Positions 43,836-54,160 of a stretch of 54,160 nucleotides of DNA are shown here, piece by piece. Position 1 is the first letter of the stretch, and every line of letters starts with the position of its first letter. The stretch comes from Paraglomus brasilianum. Lineage: Eukaryota. Where the stretch lies: the NCBI GenBank assembly GCA_910592345.1, contig CAJVPI010000101.1, forward strand, positions 1 to 54,160. Direction: 5' to 3'. The notes beneath the pieces are model-generated. The model searched no databases and was not told where the DNA came from. It saw only the letters and a program-made list of their open reading frames with translations. Both the position numbers and the translations under genes were made by a program.

Positions 43836-45419
43836 TTAATCTCCGAAAACAAAGGAGTAAGCTGCCATTCCATTAACGCTGACTTTACAATGGTACCAAA
43901 TCAAGTCATCTTCGTCATAAGTAAAATGCGAATGTGAATTCTGATATTTCGTATTTGAGCAGGTTGTTTGTTCCTTTGCTCCTTTCCAATGTTCAAACTT
44001 GTTGGATCTGCATTCATGCGTTCTAGAGGCTGATGCATCATTGGACAGAATAGTATCACGCCCAAGTACGTCTTCTTGACTATTGTGACTTTTCTCTTTA
44101 AGGTGTGTTCCTGAATCTATATTATTGCTAGCATGTAACTGCTTTTGTGCATTTATAGCTTGTTTTTCAATCGTGTCCCACAAAAGTTCTTCGTGTTTTT
44201 TGATACCCGATTTATCCGATTTATTGCCTTCGCAATATGTATTTTTTGTCGAATTAGTGTACAGTATTCCAGTTATATCTTGTCCCTTACCGGTTTCTTC
44301 GGAACATTTCACTGAACACCCATTCTCCCGGGTTTCATCTGTCAGGCTCTTGTACTCACAGTCGCTTTTATTGTCATTACCATCGACTTTCTCTTCGCAT
44401 CCTTTTAACACTATTGTTTGTGGGTCAACTTTTATGCAGACATCCTCCATTTCGCAAGCTTCAGAAGACAAAGTCCTCCTTTGTCCTTCACATATAATAT
44501 TTTGCGACAATATTTTTGATGTATTGAGTTTGAACAATTGTTTTGGAATGAGTTCTGGCGGAGGGTTTTCTCTGAATGTCTGGAAGAGCAAATGGAGTCG
44601 ACTAGGGGCTAGCCGTTGTGGAAATCGAAATCAATAATATGCACTTTGGAGACCTGATTCACAGTCCCGACATTCGAATACCTGCGGGTACGTCACTCAT
44701 CGTATGAATCAACGATCTTAAGAACCGGCGTTCTGCAGCATCTTCTTGCTGCAACTGTGTTACGACAGTGTTCTCATCTACCTTTCTCATACGATCCGAG
44801 TACAAATTGACAAATTTTAGTAAATAAATCTCTTTTGGGTTGGTGGCAGAATGGCCTATTATAATCGAAAGAGATAGAGTCGGCAAACAGTCGTAATTGT
44901 CAAAAATATGCTGAAGCGTTGATTTTATACTGGCAAACATATTTTGTGATGATAACATAAACTATACAAAAAATCAATGGGTCTTGAGTAAAGCTTTTCG
45001 TAAACAAGACTCGAGAAATATACAAGCTTACTCGACATATGCTTACGTCTTTTATTTTCTTGTTGTGACACTTTTTCTTGTTAGAAGTCTTGTTCTCATC
45101 AACCTGTTGTGACAAGGTAGTTGCTCAAACATTCGTCAACTGTGTTATCCTTCGTTAAAAAGGGGAATATTAAATTGCGAACCGTTACTTGTTTCCCATT
45201 ACAAGCTTCCTGTAACAATTTTTCAATCTGCTGAAATGGACTTTTTTCAAGCAACAAAAATGGAAATTGAGCATAGTGTGTAATAAGATTCGCACAAGAC
45301 GCGTGTTTCTATTACCATGGTATTTGCCCTCTCATAAACAACAACTGCTTTACAAAGGAAATTGTAAGTCTTGCAGCAAACGATGCTGAAATTCCATGAG
45401 AAAAAGTTATTGTCGTCAT
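43836..45419 (-). CDS. p31comet (MAD2L1-binding protein)-like HORMA protein with long low-complexity insertion
   Basis: FVKQLLFMRGQIP-CPFQQI, IIGHSATNPKEIYLLKF, RRFLRSLI, DDLIWYHC..SVNG match the motif order recalled for p31comet. Confidence 0.7.
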
Positions 45420-45492
45420 TATTGGTAAAATTGGGGACAACTCAAAATTTTTGACTGTTCGAGTTGGTGTAACTTTTAAGAAACCACCAATC

Positions 45493-45498
45493 ACGCGT
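45493..45498. promoter_or_regulatory. ACGCGT (MCB-like) site in the short divergent promoter between the p31comet-like and DHHC genes
   Basis: Exact motif ~75 nt upstream of a cell-cycle gene start; function inferred. Confidence 0.3.
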
Positions 45499-45675
45499 TT
45501 GCTTCACCAAAATAGAGTTGATTTGTTTTCAGACTAATCTTAAGTTTCCCACAGCCTAGCATAAACACTCTAAGCAATCCAACTTATAACGTAACTTTTA
45601 CTGGAAACAGCACGGAAGGTTTTCAGGCTAAACTAAAATTTAGTACGGCTATTGTCAATACCGCTAAAATTCAAG

Positions 45676-47610
45676 ATGGTAAGTCTCAAGTTAAATGATG
45701 GAAAGTCTCCGAATTACGGAAAGTTGTCTAGTGTTGTGTGTAATGTATACATACGTTGTAGGATCCCTTTATTGCTATGGCGGCATACTTTGTCGTCTTT
45801 AGTTTTATTGTGTTTGTACTTTTAATGGGTCCTTCACAGAAATTCAGGTTTGGCTTGCGTGTATTTATTCGCCGTGAACTCATGTCATTGATCCTATCGT
45901 CACTAATGTGTTCTTTGTTTACAGAAATGGGCCGATTGGCATGATACATCGTTTCCTGACAGTCACTCTAGTAAACGGAATAGCGTATGTAAACTCTTGA
46001 CTTTTCCGGCAATAGAAGTGCAGTTTCTTTATTAATATGCTTTGTATTCTGGGACTATAGGAGCGTAAATAGGCGCATATGTGGCACTCGCCTGTCTGGT
46101 AAATTTGATGGTATATATCGATACCTAATGGAAGAGAAAAATCCTGCATTACAGGTGTGTGAAGGTGTAATCTCGCAAATGTTGATTTACGCTAAGCTTA
46201 TATAGAGACCTAAGTCTTTGGGAACAAACTATCCTTACTGAATTCATGTTATGCAATACTTACCGTATCTTTTAATAAGATGGTGTATCTTTTTCTAATA
46301 ACTGGTGCTGTCTATGCATTTTATGTGTCTGTATGGCCACATATTCCCGGACCATATCTTTCTAGGATTCATTTGTAAGTGCACGTCCGAGAGTGAATGC
46401 TACGAATCGCTGCAACGTCTGCAATTAACCATAGCATAAACGTCTGATCACATGGTGTGTATACACTCATGTATTGGTTATGCATAATTACTGACAGTTG
46501 ACAACTTTTTTGTTTAGATACACTTCGAACCTTATAATCATATTTACATATGCGACGATGTTCATTGCAAGTCGGAGCGACCCGGGAAGAGTCACGCGAG
46601 AAAACGTGTTTAAAGCTTGCAAAGCATTCCAGTATGACTTGGTGTTGTTCGAACCCAAACAATGTAGAACTTGTCTAATACAAAAGTATGAATAACTCCT
46701 AGTGTGCGAGTACCGTTGTTGGAATTGTTCTAACATATTTATTATTTCCTTTAGGCCTGCTCGCTCCAAGCATTGTTCGCTCTGCAACGTGTGCGTTGCA
46801 AAATGCGATCATCATTGTATGTCAAGATTTAGTAATTTGTTAGTATCAAATAATATCGTTAATATCGTTACTACATCTTAACTCGCGTAACCCTTATATA
46901 GGCGCATGGATCAATAATTGCGTTGGTTTAAAGAACTATCGGTACTTTCTACTATTTCTTTACGCAACAATTCAAATATGTTTCTACGGAACATACCTGG
47001 TTGTCTACGCATTTATGGGTATTGCAAAGGATATGAACTTGATGTCCGCTTATGTGTCTAACATTCAAACAGGCAAAAGTATGCCAATAACAACTTATCA
47101 AGCCGTGTTGGTAAGCAAATCGACCGTTCATATTTAAACCATTCGCTTTATGATAATCTCAATAACATCTATGATTCAATATTGCAGTTTTTAATCCACC
47201 AACAAAGACTCTTGGGTGCGTTAGGCATTTTCGCATTCTTAGTTGGTTTCGTGATTCTTGCTTTCCTAGGCTATCAGTTGAGTTTGATCAAAAGTGGCAT
47301 GACAGCAAATGAAGCATTCAAGTGGGAGGACCTTGACGAAATAATCCAAATGGGAGAGCTTTACATGCACGAGAAGGAGTTCGATGTAGATGATGCCAAA
47401 CTAGCCAAACACGCTAAAATATCAAAGAAAATAAAGCTTTATTGGAACGAAACAGCAGAAGAACGGAAGCAGAGGTTGGGTGGCCCAAGGGGTAAGAATG
47501 ATTATGATGGAACACAAGTTCAAAGTGTTAAAGAAGTCGAGAACATATTTGACAAGGGATTCTGGGGAAATTTGAAAGAAATCTTCTTTCCACCTTCTAT
47601 AGATAATTGA
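45676..47610 (+). CDS. SWF1: DHHC palmitoyltransferase, SWF1/ZDHHC4-like, multi-exon with ATG-only first coding exon
   Basis: [74 protein letters not shown]. Confidence 0.85.
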
Positions 47611-48015
47611 TGATATTTATTGTAATGCATTCAAATACAAGATTAATGACACATTAAATTAAACACGATTTTGATTTCAATCATTGAAGTCAGCTGTTTC
47701 GAAGCAATAAACTCTCAAATTCTGGGGGGCTAGTTGAATGGGCAGGAGTGACCTCTGATAAACCTGTTGACTTCAGGCATGAAATATTGTTATATTATTA
47801 AAAAGAAAGGGGAAATATTGAAAAGGTTGGGGTTCATGATTGCTGAATGTAGTTCGTAATATATAAGTAAATTTATTAGTGAAAACTAAACGCTTGCATC
47901 TATACAAGTAACAGTGTCCTTTTCCCCATCCCAATGTCAATTACACAACGTGCATCTATTCGTGAGTATTACTGAAAAGTTTCGTTTAGATTTTTGATCA
48001 GACCATCGTATCATG

Positions 48016-48950
48016 TCACGCCAATGCGTACTGAGAATGTTATGTAAAATAAGCTATTAAATGTCAAGACATTGGAAGATCGACATTTTACATGGAACTA
48101 GAAGCTTACCTTCTTTACATATTCTTTGGCAGTCTTGACGAACTTTGTCTTATTTGTATTATACACTTCTGCTACCGATGCCATTAAAGCATCATCAGGA
48201 TTTGGATTTTCGAGCAAACTGGCAAGAGACTCGAGTACTATTTAAGAGATATTCAATTTAATAATTACTTCATCGATCTATAAAATCTGACCATACGACA
48301 TACACATTTTACTCACCATGAGAGACCTTTGTTGCCGGTTTCCAAACATCGCTCTTCAACAAGTTTACACAAACGCCTCCATCGTCATCGATATTTGGGT
48401 GATAAATTCGTGTAGTAAACTTTAGCTATAAGTAAGTAATAAGCATTAGCTAATGACATGTAATATAACATTCGATACCATGACACTTACATTTGGCGGT
48501 TTGAACGGATAGTCTTGAGGAAACTCGATCCTGACCCGAAATGTGCCCCCTTTATACGGACTGTTTGCCTAGATGAAGAGAACAATATTCAGTCAAGTTA
48601 TATTGCAGTGTGTAATCTTTCAGATTTGGTGACAAGTCAGGCACTTACGGGACCCATAATCGTTCCTAAAGTGAAGGAAACAAAACGTTAACGACGGAAA
48701 CTATACCAAACGAACCACGCCAATAATAATAAACTACCTTGCCAGTGGAACATATCATCTTCAATAGGGCCAGCACTTATACCAACCGGCGGGCTCTTAC
48801 TGAGTTCAACGAGTTCCTGTGCGTGTGTGGGTGTGGGTGTGGGTGTGGGTGTGGGTGTGTGTGTGTGCGTTGTTAGCATCGTTAGCAATGAACTTCAACT
48901 GATCAGAAATCACAATCTGTACATACCCTTTGAATTCTCTTAAGTGCCAT
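48016..48950 (-). CDS. Ubiquitin-conjugating enzyme E2 (UBC4-like N-terminus, UBE2L3-like WKPATK), ~7 exons
   Basis: MALKRIQR-EL...HWQ-GTIMGP...FPQDYPFKPP...YHPNIDDDGGVC...WKPATK...PNPDDAL. Confidence 0.92.
48822..48867. repeat. (GTGTGG)n/(GT)n microsatellite in E2 intron 1, abutting the acceptor
   Basis: Direct reading of the sequence. Confidence 0.9.
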
Positions 48951-49242
48951 TGTAATGTATTGTATTATACAAAGAAAATAAGCTAAGCAATGTCTTTGGA
49001 TGTCTATTCTACAGAGTTACTATTGAGTGGGTGAGATCTTCCGTAGAGGGGGGTTTTATGGCCCCCTTTAAATAAGGATTTGCAATGTCACCCGTTGTCG
49101 CCCGCAGGATTTTTGCGCAGGTCATTGTCTTGTGTGTAACTTCCTATTGTAACCCGTGTTTCGGGCGAAATTGCTTGATTTGTAATGAATCAAATGCGAG
49201 GTTTGGGGTTTTTCTTTTCTTTAGCAAAGATATATATCAAAC

Positions 49243-50815
<1,573 letters not shown>

Positions 50816-50961
50816 GAGCGAGTTTAGGACGATTGGTTCAAGTGACAATGTTCGTTTTTATTTAATAAGATCGAAAACAAATAAAATGACTTGGAATGGC
50901 GACAACCGCAAAACGCAGTTGTTTGGCAAATCCGCATGTGTTATGACATAGTTTACAGACA

Positions 50962-52575
50962 TTAAAGAATGATTGGTTTGGAGAGATCTGAATTGAAACA
51001 AAAAAAAGTCAGTCGTATTGAGCGAAAATACGATTGGCCACTCAATGTCGAGGTTTTTACCTGGTCCGTTACCGACAGGAACGATGCCCGTGGGATTAAT
51101 GTTTTTTTGGCTCCCATAGTAATGATGCTTAATATGGTGCATGTTTACAGTCTGCGCAACTATTTGTAAAACCGAGACATTTTAGCACTCTCTCTTATCA
51201 GTATATATTAACAAGAAGAACCGAGTCGTAATTTACCCTTTGGCATTTGATAGATACGCCTGGCCCATCTGAGAATATGAGGATAGTCCTTTTCAATTGA
51301 TTTCGCATTACACTTGAAGTGTCCATGATATACAGGGTCGAATCTGTCGAAAGAGCATTGGAGAACGCAATATCAAATGTCAATATGCGTAAATACTTGC
51401 AAAAGACAATGATCTTTTATAATAACCTGATGATAGTAGTCCAGAGTCTAATATCTGCTTCGGTGAAAGTATTCCCAACTAGGAACTCATGCTCTGAAAA
51501 TATCTTCTCCAACCTATCTAAAGATTCAAACAACGGCGCTACGTTCTTCTCGTCTGATACAACAGAATAAAGTTAGCGTCTGGTAAAGGTCATGCAATTA
51601 AATATTGCATAAACTTACACGCTTCTTGAGTAGTAGCAAATCCAGATTTGTATACGCCATTATTCACTGAATCGTAAACCCACTCATTGATACTATCAAT
51701 TTCAGATTTTAGGTTTTCTGGGTAGAAAGTCAAGCCTTTCGCGTGTTCGGGTACAAAGTCGTCGAATGTCGTGTTGAATATGCGAATAATCTCTGATGAT
51801 TCGTTATTCACTGATAATCCAAACCGTCGAATGTTCTTAGTACAAGTCATCGAACGTGACAATTTAACTTTATTGTTATCCACTTACCAATAGTTCCAAG
51901 TTTCTTATCCCATAATACAGGTACCGTGAACCGTCCTTTATATTCAGGCCAAGCCATATAATAAAGCTCTGAAAGATACGCCTTGTTGTTAGCGGTGTCC
52001 GGGATAGCACCCGGACATTCCTCGGGTGTGGAAAACTTCCAACCTTTAGGTCCCAGGTGATGATCTACTACACTGAGACCAATTACGTCATCCAAACCCT
52101 TGAGGGCGCGGACAAGTACTGTTCTATGAGCCTGTGAGAATAACAATGACATAAAGGAAGAATAGATGAAATTCACGTATTAATCTTCTAATGCATATCC
52201 ATTGTACCGTGTATAGACGAGACGTATACAATGACATACCCATGGGCAAGCCCAGCTGATATACAGATGATATCTATCCCTAATGATGAAGCATTAAACA
52301 TGAATTTCATACTCAATTGTATCTTTTGATGTAAAAACATGCGTTGTATTTACTTCTCTGCAACAAATTGTGCTCCTGAATTGGCATCCTTTTCAATAAC
52401 ATTACGGAAGCTAGTCGGTGCTCTTCTGAATTCGCCATCCGTTGATGCCCATTTGTAAATTGGAGGAAGAGATTCTTGGTTGGTACTAGTACTAAAGAAA
52501 CGTAATGGGGGCATCAACAATAAATGTATAAATCAAACAACAGAATTCGAATTCAACTTTTTCATACCTTGACAT
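50962..52575 (-). CDS. ECM4: Glutathionyl-hydroquinone reductase / omega-like glutathione S-transferase, multi-exon
   Basis: DGEFRR, RYHLYISWACPW-AHR, FTVPVLWDKK, VNNESSEIIR, NNGVYKSGFATTQ, HIKHHYYGS..INPTGIVPVG. Confidence 0.93.
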
Positions 52576-52922
52576 GGTTCGTCTTATCCAATATCGACTT
52601 GAGGGTAGTGATGTTTGGTTTCGGCTGAATGCAATTAGAGCCTTAAATGAAGAGTCTAATATTTTTGATGCAAACGGGCCGTACATTTTCTATTATAGCG
52701 GCAGGTCATGCAATATTTATACACAGTTCTAATGACATCATCCAAGCTTAACATCGTGATGATTACTAAGGACTTTTGGATGGCGTACTTTTGACAATTT
52801 AATTATTCAGCTATCATGATAATCAGAATTATTCAGCTCTCACAAGGATTTGATTGGATGATGATAACAATTAACAAATGCATAACAACAACAATAATAA
52901 TAACTATAATAATAATAATAAC

Positions 52923-53083
52923 TACACCGGTTTAACGAAGTGCTCCGTTCCATCGCCTGACTTCGTTAATACGGACTACGTGTATTTGTTAATGCGGACT
53001 CTATTTTTATAATATATGAATGAAACAGTTCCAAAAAAACTTCGTTATAAAGCCATCTTCGTTAAACCGGACTTTACTGTGTA
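52923..53083. mobile_element. ~160-bp pogo/Tigger-like MITE
   Basis: Perfect 14-bp inverted repeat CCGGTTTAACGAAG (52927-52940) / CTTCGTTAAACCGG (53057-53070); right end reads CAGTAAAGTCCGG on minus; internal CTTCGTTA repeats. Confidence 0.65.
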
Positions 53084-53539
53084 TAGCGGGCACTACTTCC
53101 GTTTCGCCGGTTTCCAAATAAAAGTAACTAATTTAAATTAGGTTGGTTTGGAATTTGCATTATTCTGATCTTTGTTGGCGCCTTACATGACTGGGGATCA
53201 TGAATTATTATAATGGCGCAGGATAAAACTATCATTATTCGAAACATTAGTAAACTTGCTTCATGAGATCAAATAAGCGTGCGTGATGACGTTAAAGCCT
53301 TTTCTTTTACCTAATTTGATGATAAAGTTGAACAGATAGATAGCATGGAAGGTTTCATGATCCATTTGCAATTCTACAAATTATCCGTTTATGAATATCA
53401 TATACATAGGCAGACTCGATAAGTCGGTCACGGATGGCTGGCCCTGGTAGACCGACTTATCGAATCTACGTGACTAATTTAGTAAAAATTTATTTTATAG
53501 AAAGCGAATCGTTAGATGGAAAAACCATCATTCTAAATA

Positions 53540-54160
53540 AATATCCATGCTCATTTGAATCGAAGAATCCGTTCGCTTCTTCACAATTTTCCATTTTAAG
53601 TCTCTTAACCCTGAAACTAATAAACTGCTTACTTTTATATCGTTATTCTGCTGCAAATAGTTATATAAATTTTGAATGCTTTCTAAAGCCACTTTGTTAG
53701 ATTACCATCAAAACCCATTTTTGTCATCATCTTCTCCTTCATCCTCAGGAGCTTCTTGGACGGCTGCAATATTTTCATTATCATTAGGAATATTGTTTGT
53801 TTCTAAAGTACTGTCAATTTCAATATAGTCTTTTCCTCTCATGACGGAATAGTCAACAACCCATTTGATCAATAAGTGATTGTACGATTTCATCTTCTAT
53901 CTCAATGTCATTATCTGAGTTAATGACTTCCGACTCGTCAGGCAGAATATCAGTTCTCTCCCAGCACCTATTACTATATATTACATCTGCATTTAAAATA
54001 TTTAAAGTAGGAATCTCAGTTCCATATTATTATCCTCGAGTATTTTATATTAGCATTACAGTGTAATTAATAAGATGTATCGACCCTTGAAATTGAATCC
54101 AATATGAATAAATAAAGTTAGTCTTTACTATGCATATCGTATCCCATATAGGTTCAAGTC
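53540..54160 (-). mobile_element. Degenerate pogo/Tigger (CENP-B-like DDE) transposase C-terminal fragment
   Basis: Minus-strand fragments NRCWERTDILP, DYIEIDSTLET, acidic stretch, ALESIQNLYNYL; frame-broken. Confidence 0.5.

Overview
Eukaryotic, intron-rich fungal genomic DNA. Short GT-AG introns, Sel1-repeat genes, restriction-endonuclease-fold genes and degenerate DNA transposons point to Mucoromycota (Glomeromycotina/Endogonales-like); this placement is inferred. Intact spliced housekeeping genes: NAF1, a DUF2415-type WD40 protein, EMC7, AP-3 sigma, PABP, a PSP1-domain protein, a GH16 Crh/Utr2 transglycosylase, a p31comet-like protein, a SWF1-like DHHC palmitoyltransferase, an E2, adenosine kinase and an ECM4-like GST. 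These are interleaved with accessory segments: a Sel1 array, two decayed PD-(D/E)XK genes, Sola-, MULE- and pogo-like transposase relics and small MITEs. The most striking unexplained feature is at 19019-19395: two tandem copies of a ~170-185 nt element with near-identical core blocks, terminal stems that differ in sequence but still pair, a potential pseudoknot and an outer closing stem. It lies about 125 nt upstream of an apparently intact PD-(D/E)XK-like nuclease gene. All gene models and structures were read by eye; no searches or folding programs were run.
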